DNA of 64,000 nucleotides from an uncultured beta proteobacterium (GTDB lineage Bacteria > Pseudomonadota > Gammaproteobacteria > Burkholderiales > Burkholderiaceae_C), in contig CAVZYL010000026.1 of NCBI GenBank assembly GCA_963779435.1, positions 19,779 to 83,778 on the forward strand, written 5' to 3'. The notes beneath the pieces are model-generated. The model saw only the letters and a list, made by a program, of their open reading frames with translations. It made no database searches and was not told where the DNA came from. The position numbers and the translations under genes are program-made. Shown here piece after piece: positions 39,776 to 49,093 of this stretch (the first letter of the stretch is position 1; the number at the start of each line of letters is the position of its first letter).

Positions 39776-40816
39776 ATGCATTCGATCATTCGGAAGACCT
39801 CGTGGCTCGTTCGATCCCTGGCCGCCGCCCTCTTCGCCGCGTTGTCCTGCGGGCCGGTCGCGGCGGCAACTGACCTCGAAGCCCAGTCTCTCGCGCTCGA
39901 GCGCGCCAGCCAGGCCGTCGTCGGCGTGCAAGTGTTGGCGCTCGAAGGGGCCCGCTCGGTGGCCACCCTGGGCCGGATGCGCCAGGGCTCGGGCGTGGTC
40001 ATCGGGCCCGACGAACTTGTCCTCACGATCGGCTACCTGGTGCTCGAGGCCGACCAAGTTCAACTCGTGCTCGACGGCGCGCGGACGGTACCGGCACGCG
40101 TGGTTGGCTACGATCTGGCCACGGGGTTTGGCCTGTTGCAGCCGTTGGCGCCACTGCGTATCGCCCCGGCGCCGTTGGGCGGCTCGCACGCGATCTCGAA
40201 CGATGAACCGCTGCTGGTGGCCAGTGGCGGCGAGGAAGGCCAACTCAGCATGGCGCAGTTGGTATCGCGGCGCAGTTTTGCCGGCTACTGGGAATACCGC
40301 ATTGAAGACGCCCTCTTCACGGCACCGCCACGCACCGATCACAGCGGCGCAGGACTGTTCAACAACCACGGTGAGTTGGTGGGCATCGGCTCGCTCGTCG
40401 TCGCCGACACGCGCGCCAGCCAACGCGGTGAAGGCCCGCGCGTGCCGGGCAACATGTTCGTGCCGACCGATCTGCTGCGTCCGATCCTGGGCGAATTGCG
40501 AACCAGCGGCATGTCCAGCGCCAGCCGCCGCGCCTGGTTGGGTGTGAATTGCGTCGAGCAGGGCGGCACCTTGCACGTCGTGCGCGTCGCGGGCGACAGC
40601 CCGGCCGAGGCGGCCGGGCTGCGCGTGGGCGACCACATCGTGGCCATCGACGGGATGGCCGTGACAACGCTCGACACACTGTGGACGCGCCTCTGGTCCG
40701 GCGGTCCAGCCGAACGCGAGGTGACGCTCGCGATCGAGCGCGACGGCACGCGCCAGGAGGTCGGGCTGCGCAGCGTCGATCGCGCGCAGACCATCAAGCG
40801 GCCCGAAGGGGTCTGA
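39776..40816 (+). CDS. Periplasmic trypsin-fold (S1C/DegP-like) + PDZ protein with an apparently degenerate catalytic triad
   Basis: Track ORF 39668..40816, trimmed to ATG 39776 (AGGAGG 7 nt upstream), giving 346 aa with a signal peptide. The DegS/DegP-like core is GSGVVIGPDELVLTIGYLV ... VVGYDLATGFGLLQ ... DHSGAGLFNNHGELVGIG. The PDZ domain is VVRVAGDSPAEAAGLRVGDHIVAIDG. Confidence 0.75.
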   Translation: MHSIIRKTSWLVRSLAAALFAALSCGPVAAATDLEAQSLALERASQAVVGVQVLALEGARSVATLGRMRQGSGVVIGPDELVLTIGYLVLEADQVQLVLDGARTVPARVVGYDLATGFGLLQPLAPLRIAPAPLGGSHAISNDEPLLVASGGEEGQLSMAQLVSRRSFAGYWEYRIEDALFTAPPRTDHSGAGLFNNHGELVGIGSLVVADTRASQRGEGPRVPGNMFVPTDLLRPILGELRTSGMSSASRRAWLGVNCVEQGGTLHVVRVAGDSPAEAAGLRVGDHIVAIDGMAVTTLDTLWTRLWSGGPAEREVTLAIERDGTRQEVGLRSVDRAQTIKRPEGV

Positions 40817-40817
40817 G

Positions 40818-41690
40818 TCAGATCGGCCCGGCAACAGCCCAGGCTGCGGCCGGCGTCGGGTAGCGCAGGCGCACGCGGAGTTCGCTGCGCAGGCGCCGGT
40901 TGTCCAGGCGCCGTGATTCGGCCAGAAAGCTCATTTGCAGTGGTGACAGGCGCATTGCGGCCTCGGCACGCGTCACGCGCGGTGGCCGCGGCAGGGCAAA
41001 CGCATCGGCCACGCCGTCGAAGTATTCGCCCATCAGCATTTCGCTGTCGTCGCTGGCGTGGTAGACACGTTGTGGCGCGCCGCGCTGCAGCGCCGCAACG
41101 CAAACACGCGCCAGGTCGTCGGCGTGGACATGGTTGGTGTAGACATCGTCCTCGGCCACCAAGACCGGCACCCCGCTGCGCACGCGCTCGCGGGGGTCGC
41201 CGCCATCACGGTCGAAAGCATAGATGCCGGGCACGCGCAGGATGCTCACGCGCACGCCCATGGCCCGGCCATGATGGCGCACGCGGGCTTCGGCATCGAC
41301 ACGGCGGCGCGCCCGGTCGGTCTGGGGCCTGACGGCACGCGTCTCGTCGAACCGGTCGCCGGCGGCGTCGCCATACACGCCGCTGGTGCTGGCGTAGACG
41401 AGGCTTCGCACGCGGCTGCTGCGGGACAGCGCCTGCAGCAGGCGCTGCGTGCGCGGGTCGTCGTCGCCGTCGCGCGGCGGCGGCGCCAGATGCAGCACGG
41501 CGTCGGCCAGCGCCGCCAAGCGGCCGAGCGAAGCCACGTCGTCCAGATTGCCTACGAGCGGCACCGCCCCCGCTGCACGCAATGCGGCGACACGCGTGGC
41601 CGACGAGGTCAGCGCCAGCACCCGGTAGCGATCGCGCACAAGACGCAATACGCGCAGGCCAACATCGCCGCAACCGACGATCAACAACAC
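40818..41690 (-). CDS. NAD(P)-dependent epimerase/dehydratase-type SDR
   Basis: In track ORF 40818..41879, the upstream part would overlap the divergent gene at 41800. The Rossmann motif (V)LLIVGCGDVG begins at GTG 41690. TTG codons at 41717 and 41714 are alternative starts, so the start is uncertain. Confidence 0.65.
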   Translation of the reverse strand: MLLIVGCGDVGLRVLRLVRDRYRVLALTSSATRVAALRAAGAVPLVGNLDDVASLGRLAALADAVLHLAPPPRDGDDDPRTQRLLQALSRSSRVRSLVYASTSGVYGDAAGDRFDETRAVRPQTDRARRRVDAEARVRHHGRAMGVRVSILRVPGIYAFDRDGGDPRERVRSGVPVLVAEDDVYTNHVHADDLARVCVAALQRGAPQRVYHASDDSEMLMGEYFDGVADAFALPRPPRVTRAEAAMRLSPLQMSFLAESRRLDNRRLRSELRVRLRYPTPAAAWAVAGPI

Positions 41691-41799
41691 GGGGCGGTGC
41701 GCTCTGGATGGCAACAAGATCGGTGGCAACGTGGCGGCAATGGGCCAGGGGGCACAATTCCGGCCAGTGTAGAAGCCTCGTTCAACCGGTCTGCTCGCA

Positions 41800-42849
41800 A
41801 TGACTTTCAAGATATCGGTTCGACCCGCCGGACTCACCTTCGAAGTTGCCAACGACGAGGCCATCCTGCCGGCCGCCATCCGCTCAGGTGTCGGGCTGCC
41901 CTATGGCTGCCGCGATGGCGCCTGTGGGTCGTGCAAGAGCCGGCTGGTCGAGGGCCGCGTTCGGCATGGCGCGCACCAGGCCAAGGCCCTGTCGGCGGCC
42001 GAAGAACAGGCCGGCTGGATCCTGACCTGCTGCGCGATACCGCAAACCGATTGCGTCGTCGAGGCGCGCACCGTTGCCGGCGCCGGCGAGTACCCGCCAA
42101 TGAAGATGCCAGCCCGGGTGTCCACGCTCACGCGCGCCGCACCCGATGTGACGGTGATGAAACTGCAACTGCCGGCCACTGTCGCCTTCAGGTACCGCCC
42201 TGGCCAGTACGTCGAATTCATCCTGCGCGACGGCGCCCGGCGCAGCTACTCGATCGCCACTGCACCCGAGCAACTGGGCAACCCGCCCGCCGTCGAACTG
42301 CACTTGCGCCACATGCCCGGCGGCAAGTTCACCGACCATGTCTTTGGCGCGATGAAGGAAAAGGACATCCTTCGCCTGGAGGGGCCGTTCGGCAGCTTCT
42401 TCCTGCGTGAAGACGGCGCCGACGCGACCCACAAGCCGATCGTGTTGCTCGCGTCGGGCACCGGCCTGGCGCCGATCAAGGCGATCGTCGAGCACATGCG
42501 GGCGGCAGGCATCGCGCGACCGGCCACGCTGTACTGGGGTTGCCGCATCAAGGCCGATCTGTACCAGCACGACTGGGCCCAAGCCGCTGCGGCAGCGATG
42601 CCCAACTTTCGCTATGTGCCGGTGCTGTCGGAGGCCCGGCCCGAAGACGACTGGCACGGCCGCACCGGGTTCGTGCACCGGGCCGTGATGGCCGACCTGC
42701 CCGACCTGTCGGGCCACGAGGTGTATGCCTGCGGCGCGCCGGTGATGGTCGAGTCGGCAAAGCGCGATTTCGTCAGCCAATGCGGGCTGCCGGCCGAGGC
42801 TTTCTATGCCGACAGCTTCACCTCGGAGGCCGACAAGCACGGCGCGTGA
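41800..42849 (+). CDS. 2Fe-2S ferredoxin-fused FNR-type NAD(P)H-flavin oxidoreductase (AscD / CDP-6-deoxy-3,4-glucoseen reductase-like)
   Basis: 349 aa. It has a plant-type ferredoxin Cys cluster (YGCRDGACGSCKS...LTCC), a flavin motif RSYSIA and an NAD motif LLASGTGLAPI. Confidence 0.8.
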   Translation: MTFKISVRPAGLTFEVANDEAILPAAIRSGVGLPYGCRDGACGSCKSRLVEGRVRHGAHQAKALSAAEEQAGWILTCCAIPQTDCVVEARTVAGAGEYPPMKMPARVSTLTRAAPDVTVMKLQLPATVAFRYRPGQYVEFILRDGARRSYSIATAPEQLGNPPAVELHLRHMPGGKFTDHVFGAMKEKDILRLEGPFGSFFLREDGADATHKPIVLLASGTGLAPIKAIVEHMRAAGIARPATLYWGCRIKADLYQHDWAQAAAAAMPNFRYVPVLSEARPEDDWHGRTGFVHRAVMADLPDLSGHEVYACGAPVMVESAKRDFVSQCGLPAEAFYADSFTSEADKHGA

Positions 42850-42885
42850 GCCGCGCCTGCAGCCCGCGCGGACGGCAACACCGGT

Positions 42886-43398
42886 TCATCGCGATGGCGC
42901 TGAGGCGCCGCCCTTGGCGCGTGCCATCAGCGCGGCACGCCGCTCCAGGCTCGCCGGCGGCCACTGCTCGCTGGCCTTGTAGTACTCGGCCACCGCCGGC
43001 GTGCCCGGCGGCAGCACGATCCACGGCTGCTTGGACGCGGTGTAGATGTGGATGTCGGGCGGGCAGCGATCAGGATCGTCGAGCGTGCCCACGCGCACGA
43101 ATCGGACGGCGTCGCCGGCGCCGGCATAGTTGCTCCACACCGCAATGCGGCAGCGTGGACAGCGCGAGATCCTCTGGCCCCTGCCACTGAGGCTCGGCGT
43201 GTCGACCACCTCGGCCTCGCCGGCCAGCAGTTGCACGCGGTCGGCCTCGATCAGCGCGTTCAACGCGAACGCCGAACCCGACTCGCGTTGGCACCAGCGG
43301 CAGTGGCAGCAGTGCACGAACAGCGGCGCGCTGGTCAGGCGGTAGCGCAGGACGCGGCAGGTGCAGCCGCCCTCGACGATCTTGGCATCGCTGCTCAT
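42886..43398 (-). CDS. GFA/CENP-V-family zinc protein (glutathione-dependent formaldehyde-activating enzyme-like)
   Basis: Track ORF 42886..43596, trimmed to ATG 43398 (MSSDAKIVEGGCTCRVLRY), giving 170 aa. Cys ligand pattern: GGCTC..., HCCHCRWCQRESGSAF and RCPRC. Confidence 0.75.
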   Translation of the reverse strand: MSSDAKIVEGGCTCRVLRYRLTSAPLFVHCCHCRWCQRESGSAFALNALIEADRVQLLAGEAEVVDTPSLSGRGQRISRCPRCRIAVWSNYAGAGDAVRFVRVGTLDDPDRCPPDIHIYTASKQPWIVLPPGTPAVAEYYKASEQWPPASLERRAALMARAKGGASAPSR

Positions 43399-43409
43399 CT
43401 CACTTGCCC

Positions 43410-44204
43410 TCAGCGGTGTTTGAATTCCGCCTTGCGCTTGCCGACGAACGCGGCCATGCCTTCCTTCTGGTCCAGCGTGGCAAACAGCGAATGGAACAGT
43501 CCACGTTCGTAGTTGACCCCGTCGGCCAAGCCGGACTCGAACGCGCGGTTGACGCATTGCTTGGCCATCATCACGCTGGGCATGCCGAAGGCGCAAATGG
43601 TGGCCGCGGCGGCGAACGCTTCGTCGAGCAGTTTGTCGGTGGCCACCACACGGCTGACCAGCCCGGCGCGTTCGGCCTCGGCCGCGTCCATCATGCGTGC
43701 AGTCAGGATCATGTCCATCGCCTTGCTCTTGCCCACCGCGCGCGGCAGACGCTGCGTGCCGCCGGCGCCCGGGATGATTCCGAGCTTGATCTCGGGCTGG
43801 CCGAATCGGGCGCTGTCGGCGGCGATGATGAAGTCGCAGGCCAGCGCGAGTTCGCAGCCGCCGCCGAGTGCAAAACCGGCCACCGCCGCGATCACCGGCT
43901 TGCGCACGTTCTTCAACGCCTCCCAGTTGCGCGTGATGTAGTTGCCCAGATACGCATCCATGTAGCTGTAGTCGGCCATGGCGCCGATGTCGGCCCCGGC
44001 GGCAAACGCCTTGTCGCTGCCGGTGAGGACGATGCAGCCGATCGTGGCGTCGGCATCGAAACCGTGCAACGCCTGGCCGAGTTCGTCCATCAGGCGGTCG
44101 TTCAAGGCGTTCATCTGCTTGGGCCGATTCAGCCTGATCACGCCGGTCGCCAGCGTGCCGGCGGCGTTGTCACGCTGCTCGATGAGAATGCACTCGTAGC
44201 TCAT
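43410..44204 (-). CDS. Enoyl-CoA hydratase (crotonase family)
   Basis: Track ORF 43410..44477, trimmed to ATG 44204 ([10 protein letters not shown]...), giving 264 aa. Motifs are [24 protein letters not shown] and [15 protein letters not shown]. Confidence 0.9.
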   Translation of the reverse strand: MSYECILIEQRDNAAGTLATGVIRLNRPKQMNALNDRLMDELGQALHGFDADATIGCIVLTGSDKAFAAGADIGAMADYSYMDAYLGNYITRNWEALKNVRKPVIAAVAGFALGGGCELALACDFIIAADSARFGQPEIKLGIIPGAGGTQRLPRAVGKSKAMDMILTARMMDAAEAERAGLVSRVVATDKLLDEAFAAAATICAFGMPSVMMAKQCVNRAFESGLADGVNYERGLFHSLFATLDQKEGMAAFVGKRKAEFKHR

Positions 44205-44417
44205 GGTTGGCTGCTCCGACTTTCGGCTGCACAGGGTTCGGCACACTATACGTGGGCGGGCCGCACTTGCCCTGCCACAGCCCGACGCGCCCATCACCGC
44301 AGCCGGTAGGACCGGGCTATGCAGACCGCGGCCGATCGCGCAAGACCATGAATTTTTCGCGCCGGTCGTGCCCGGTCCGATCGCGATGCCGGCGCTTGGC
44401 GCTATCCTGCGCGCCCT

Positions 44418-45080
44418 ATGGGCACCGTCTATCGCAAGACCGGCAAGGGCATCGCCGAGATCGAAACCCGGGCACACCGGCTATCACCCCGGCTGCGCAA
44501 TGCGTTGATCCTGGTCGACGGGCGCAGGACCGTTGAAGCCCTGTCTACGCTGATCGCGGCCGACCCGGTCGGGACACTGGCCAACCTGCTGGCCAACGGA
44601 TTCATCGAGGATCAGGCACCGCCGCCACCACCGCCACCGCCGCCGCCACCACCGCCGCCACCGCCGCCACCACCGCCACCACCGCCACCACCGCCTCCAC
44701 CGCCTCCGCCGCCACCACCGCCACCACCGCCGCAAGCACCCGCGCCCGCGCGTGCGGTCGCCTCGATCCCGGTCGACCCAGTCGATCCGGTCGAGCCATC
44801 CGTGTCGAGCACGGCTTTCGCCCCCACCGAGCCGAGCGAATTGGCCCGGCCCAGCGCGCTGGGGCTGCCCTTCGAATCGCTGCGCCGCGAAGCCGTGCTC
44901 CAAATTACCGAGCAACTCGGCCCGAACGCTGAAACGCTGGTCATCAAGATCAACCGCAGCGCGAACATGACCGAGTTGCAGCCGCTGCTGGTGCGGGCCG
45001 TCCTGGTGCTGCGCAAGGTACGAGGTGGCGCTGCCGCCGACGCGTTTGCCGTCCGCTTCCTCGCCGATCCGGTAGCCTGA
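44418..45080 (+). CDS. Hypothetical two-domain protein joined by a 38-residue polyproline run
   Basis: 220 aa starting at ATG 44418. The N-domain is [42 protein letters not shown].... The C-domain is ...[47 protein letters not shown].... GC3-rich codon usage on this strand runs across both flanks. Confidence 0.65.
   Translation: MGTVYRKTGKGIAEIETRAHRLSPRLRNALILVDGRRTVEALSTLIAADPVGTLANLLANGFIEDQAPPPPPPPPPPPPPPPPPPPPPPPPPPPPPPPPPPPPPPQAPAPARAVASIPVDPVDPVEPSVSSTAFAPTEPSELARPSALGLPFESLRREAVLQITEQLGPNAETLVIKINRSANMTELQPLLVRAVLVLRKVRGGAAADAFAVRFLADPVA
44619..44732 (+). repeat. 38 consecutive proline codons (CCG/CCA/CCT mix)
   Basis: I counted codon by codon from CCG at 44619 to CCG at 44730-44732. 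The run is flanked by GCA (Ala) and CAA (Gln). Confidence 0.95.
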
Positions 45081-45092
45081 AGCGTCAGACGC

Positions 45093-46277
45093 CTACTGCG
45101 GCACGCTGGCGGCGCCCTCCGGCGCGGCCTGCATCGGCGCCGAATCGAGCAGCAAGTCGATGAATGTGTCTGCGTCCTGCGCGATGCGCAGGCGCACCGG
45201 CAGGTACTGCAGCGTCGGCGCGAACCAGACTTCGGCGCTCAGCTCGTTACCCGGCCGGCGCTCGCCCAGCCGGGGCTTCAAGTGGTACGTGTCGAGCACG
45301 CCGATCGGCGTGGCCAGCTGCTCCTGTCCAAGCACGTCGTACACCCAGCGGCCGGTGCGCTTGGGCAACGCGAGCGCCACCGTCACGGTGTTGCCCGCAC
45401 GCAGCAGCTCGGGCTGGGTCGTGAACAGCCAGGTCAGCTGCACGAACTGGCTGGCAGTGTCCTGGACATCGGGCAGGGCTTCATGCTGGCTGCCGTTGGC
45501 CAGCGTGACCTGCTCGGGGCTGAACAGCACGGTCGCACGGCCAGGCTGCCGAAACAGCACCCGCGTCGCTTCGTCGTAGCGGCGTGGCGTCAGGCCGCGC
45601 TCGCCGAGTTGGCCGTCGCTGGTCATGCGGCGCGAAATCAAGGGCGCAAAACTAGGCCCGATGGCGATATCCAGGTGAACCTGGTAGTGCGAGTCCTGGC
45701 GCACCCACTGCACGCGTGCGCTGCCATTCACTTCGCCGCGGTAGTTGCCGGTGAGCACGTAACTCAGCCGCGTCGACGGTGGCCACTCGAAGGCCTTTGC
45801 CGCCATGGCCGGTGCCGACGCCGTGGCCAAGATGGCCGGGGCGGCATCGGCTGGGGCAGCGGCGGCCGGCGCACTGGGCGCGGCAGCGGGCGGCATGGCG
45901 GGCACGGGTGCAGCGGCCGCCTCGATCACGACTGGCGGCCCGGGCTCGGGTGGCGGCAACTCGTGCGCCGCTGCCGGCGCCGACGCTGCCGGCCGTGCCG
46001 CACGCGCCCGCGCGGCCTTGCGGGCCGGACGCGCCGCCGGTGCGGCCGGCGGCGCAGCCGCCTCCAGCGTCTGAACGAATGCGACTTCCATGCGCGCAGG
46101 CATCGGCCGGTCACCGTCACCCCAGCCGATCAGGTTCTCGCGCAACCAAAGGGCGGCCAGGCTGTGGGCGACGAGGACGAGCAGCAACATCACCCACCAG
46201 CCGATACGGCGCGCAGCGCGGGGCCGGGCCACGACGGCACCGCGCGGCGCCGGCAAGCCCTGGGAACCGACTGCCAT
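45093..46277 (-). CDS. DUF3108-domain protein with an N-terminal TM anchor and Ala/Pro-rich linker
   Basis: Track ORF 45093..46316 starts at GTG and overlaps the M61 gene by 20 nt. I prefer ATG 46277, giving 394 aa. It has a TM helix (WWVMLLLVLVAHSLAALWL) and a DUF3108-like C-domain (FEWPPSTRLSYVLTGNYRGEVNGSARVQW...YLPVRLRI). Confidence 0.7.
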   Translation of the reverse strand: MAVGSQGLPAPRGAVVARPRAARRIGWWVMLLLVLVAHSLAALWLRENLIGWGDGDRPMPARMEVAFVQTLEAAAPPAAPAARPARKAARARAARPAASAPAAAHELPPPEPGPPVVIEAAAAPVPAMPPAAAPSAPAAAAPADAAPAILATASAPAMAAKAFEWPPSTRLSYVLTGNYRGEVNGSARVQWVRQDSHYQVHLDIAIGPSFAPLISRRMTSDGQLGERGLTPRRYDEATRVLFRQPGRATVLFSPEQVTLANGSQHEALPDVQDTASQFVQLTWLFTTQPELLRAGNTVTVALALPKRTGRWVYDVLGQEQLATPIGVLDTYHLKPRLGERRPGNELSAEVWFAPTLQYLPVRLRIAQDADTFIDLLLDSAPMQAAPEGAASVPQ

Positions 46278-46296
46278 TTGCGCCCGCCGCACCGGC

Positions 46297-48024
46297 CTAC
46301 GCGCCGAGCCAGTCACGACGCAACGCGGCCGCCTGGGCGGTCGGCTTGTCGGCCAGCGCCAGTGTCAATGCGGGCCGCGGCGCGGCCTCGGGTTCGACAC
46401 GCAGCTTCAGGACACGCTGCTCGCGCACCAGCAACAGCTCGAACGGTCGCCCTGCAACCAGCCATTGTTGTGCGTCGTCGAGGCGGCGAATGCGCCAGTC
46501 GTCGACCGCCAGCAGCTCATCGCCCGCCGCAACCCCGGCAATGGCCGCGGCGCTGCCGGCCAGCACCGACCTGACCTGTACTCCGCTCAATGCCGCTTCC
46601 GACAAGCGCAGGCCGAGCGCTGCTCCCAAGGCTGCCGGCGCGTGGTGTTGCTGCACGCCGGCGGCGTCGAGCAGGGCAGCCAGTGGCAGCTCGCCGGTGC
46701 CGTGCACCCAGGCAGCCAGTTCGCGCAGGTGGCTGCGACCGCCGACCTCGCGCAATGCGGCCACGATGCTGCCCTCGTCGATCGCACCGCCGCGGCTGGC
46801 CCGCCACAAATGGCGCATGACGTCGTCGAGCGTGCCGCGGCCCTCGCGGCGCAAGGTCAGATCCAATGCCAGCGCCACCAGCGAACCCTTGGTGTAGTAG
46901 CTGACGGTCACGTTGGGCGTGTTCTCGTCGCTGCGGTAGTGCTTGACCCAGGCATCGAAGCTGGCTTGCGCGACGCTCTGTGCCTTGCGGCCCGGCGTGG
47001 TGGCCACACCGTTGATCGTCTTGGCCAGCAGGTTCAGGTATTGCGCCGGCTCGATCAGTCCGGCGCGCAGCAGCAGCAGATCGTCGTAGTACGAAGTGAA
47101 GCCCTCGAAGAACCACAGCAGCGAGCTGTAGTTCGCGCGCGTGTAGTCGATGCGCTCGAGGTCACGCGGCTTCAGGCGCTTGACGTTCCAGGCGTGGAAA
47201 TACTCGTGCCAGATCAGTCCGAGCAGCGATACGTAAGCCTCGCCGGTGCCGCGCTGGCCGCCGCGCGGCAGGTTGCGGCGGGCGGCCATCAGGGCACTAC
47301 TGGCGCGGTGCTCGAGGCCGCCATGCCCGTCTTCGACGGCATGCAGCAGGAACACGTAGCGCGCAAACGGCGGTCTGGCTTGGCGCTTGCCGTGCCAGAA
47401 GGCGATCTGCGTTTCGCAAATGCAGCGCGTATCGGCAACCAGCCGGTTGCCGTCGATCCCGGGCCAGGCGCCGGTAACGACCAGTTCGTGCGCCACGCCG
47501 GCTGCCTCGAAGCCGGCGCGCCAGAACGGGCCGAGCTCGAACGGGTGGTCGACCAGTTCGTCGTAGTCCGTGGCGAGCCAGCCCTTGGCCCCGTCACCGG
47601 GCATGGCCGTGGCCACCGACCAGCCGCGCGGCAGGCCGGCCAGCGTGATGCCGTGCGGCTCATTCTCGCGGCCCTCGACGCGCAGGCACAGGCTGGTGCC
47701 GTTGAAGAAGCCGCGCCGGCTGTCGAGGAATGCGGCGCGCACCGAGTTGTCGAAGGCATACGCCAGGTAGGTCAGCACCAACGCGCCACGGCCGCCACAC
47801 GCAATCAACCACGTACTGCTGTCGAGTTGGCGCAGCGCACACGCAGAGCGGCCCTGGTGGGCCTGGATGTGCGACAGATGGCGCGCGAAGTCGCGCACCA
47901 TGTAGCTGCCGGGGATCCACACCGGCAGGCTGACGCGCTGCTCGCTGGTCGGTTGCGGCACGCTCAGCGTGACGCGGTACAGGTGAGCGTGCAGGTCGTG
48001 CAGCTCGATGCGGTAGTGGATCAT
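46297..48024 (-). CDS. M61-family metallopeptidase (glycyl aminopeptidase-like) with C-terminal PDZ
   Basis: Track ORF 46297..48153, trimmed to ATG 48024 (MIHYRIELHDLHAHLYRV), giving 575 aa. It has the zinc motif HEYFHAWNVKR and a PDZ-like C-terminus (LSGVQVRSVLAGSAAAIAGVAAGDELLAVDD). Confidence 0.85.
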   Translation of the reverse strand: MIHYRIELHDLHAHLYRVTLSVPQPTSEQRVSLPVWIPGSYMVRDFARHLSHIQAHQGRSACALRQLDSSTWLIACGGRGALVLTYLAYAFDNSVRAAFLDSRRGFFNGTSLCLRVEGRENEPHGITLAGLPRGWSVATAMPGDGAKGWLATDYDELVDHPFELGPFWRAGFEAAGVAHELVVTGAWPGIDGNRLVADTRCICETQIAFWHGKRQARPPFARYVFLLHAVEDGHGGLEHRASSALMAARRNLPRGGQRGTGEAYVSLLGLIWHEYFHAWNVKRLKPRDLERIDYTRANYSSLLWFFEGFTSYYDDLLLLRAGLIEPAQYLNLLAKTINGVATTPGRKAQSVAQASFDAWVKHYRSDENTPNVTVSYYTKGSLVALALDLTLRREGRGTLDDVMRHLWRASRGGAIDEGSIVAALREVGGRSHLRELAAWVHGTGELPLAALLDAAGVQQHHAPAALGAALGLRLSEAALSGVQVRSVLAGSAAAIAGVAAGDELLAVDDWRIRRLDDAQQWLVAGRPFELLLVREQRVLKLRVEPEAAPRPALTLALADKPTAQAAALRRDWLGA

Positions 48025-48103
48025 CGTCTCGACTGTCTTCGGCACAGATTGTCGCCGCTGACTCACGGCCGCTAGACTGTGGCCAACCTTCCCAGGAGCC
48101 TGC

Positions 48104-49081
48104 ATGCGTCGTCGCGAAGCCCTTGTCGCCAGCCTGTCCTTGTCATTGGCCACTGCCCGGGCCCAGCAAGCGCGGACGATCCGACTGGTGGTGCCCTACC
48201 CGCCGGGCGGGCCGCTGGACATTGCGGCGCGCGCGTTGGCCGACAGCGTCAAGGACAGCCTGGGCCTCGTGGTCGTCGAAAACCGCCCCGGTGCGGGCGG
48301 CAACGTCGGCGCCGATGCGGTCGCCAAGGCCGCGCCCGACGGCACGACGATCGTGATGGGCGCGGTGGCCACCCACGCCATCAACCCCTGGCTGTACAGC
48401 AAGATGCCCTACGACGCACTGCGCGACTTCACGCCGATCACACTGGTGGCGCAGGTACCCAACGTGCTCGTGATGAACAACGAAACTGCGCAGCGACTGG
48501 GTATCGCGACGGTACGCGACCTGATCAACTACGCCAGGAAGAACCCAGGCCAATTGAATTACGGCTCGGGCGGCAATGGCAGCGCTGGCCACCTGGCCGG
48601 CGAGATGTTCAAGACCCAGGCCGGCGTATTCATGGTCCACATTCCCTACGCCGGGGGACCGCCTGCGCAACTGGGCCTGCTGTCGGGACAGGTCGACCTG
48701 AATTTCGACAACCTGGCCGCCGCGTCGGCGAACATCCGCAGCGGTCGGCTGCGCGCGCTGGCCGTGACCACCGCCCAGCGTTCGACCGCAATGCCCGGGC
48801 TGCCGACGATTGCGGCCAGCGCCGGCGACCTCGGCCTGGCCGGCTTCGACATCCACACCTGGTTCGGTCTGTTCGGGCCGGCGCGGCTACCGGCCGAGGT
48901 GACGTCGCGTCTGAACCGCGGTTTTGTCGACGCCTTGAATTCGGCCGAGGTCAAGGCGCGCCTGGCCGGCCTGATGGCCGAGCCGGCGCCGACCACGCCA
49001 GAAGCCTTCGCCCAGTTCGTGCGCAGCGAACACGCCAAGTACGAGATCGTGGTCAAGGCGTCTGGCGCGAAGGCCGACTGA
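48104..49081 (+). CDS. Bug-family (TctC-like) tripartite tricarboxylate transporter substrate-binding protein
   Basis: 325 aa with a signal peptide. Family segments are IRLVVPYPPGGPLDIAARALA, ENRPGAGGNVGA and YGSGGNGSAGHLAGE. Confidence 0.9.
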   Translation: MRRREALVASLSLSLATARAQQARTIRLVVPYPPGGPLDIAARALADSVKDSLGLVVVENRPGAGGNVGADAVAKAAPDGTTIVMGAVATHAINPWLYSKMPYDALRDFTPITLVAQVPNVLVMNNETAQRLGIATVRDLINYARKNPGQLNYGSGGNGSAGHLAGEMFKTQAGVFMVHIPYAGGPPAQLGLLSGQVDLNFDNLAAASANIRSGRLRALAVTTAQRSTAMPGLPTIAASAGDLGLAGFDIHTWFGLFGPARLPAEVTSRLNRGFVDALNSAEVKARLAGLMAEPAPTTPEAFAQFVRSEHAKYEIVVKASGAKAD

Positions 49082-49093
49082 CGCGGGGCGTGC

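Noticed and set aside
44612-45016. Minus-strand ORF (134 aa) containing a ~38-residue poly-Gly run, the mirror image of the poly-Pro tract.
   Set aside because: Outside the tract it is Arg/Ser/Thr-rich shadow sequence with no start context. The plus-strand ORF has an ATG after a 213-nt intergenic region, plausible globular flanks and GC3-rich codons. I kept it as the alternative that would refute the poly-Pro finding.
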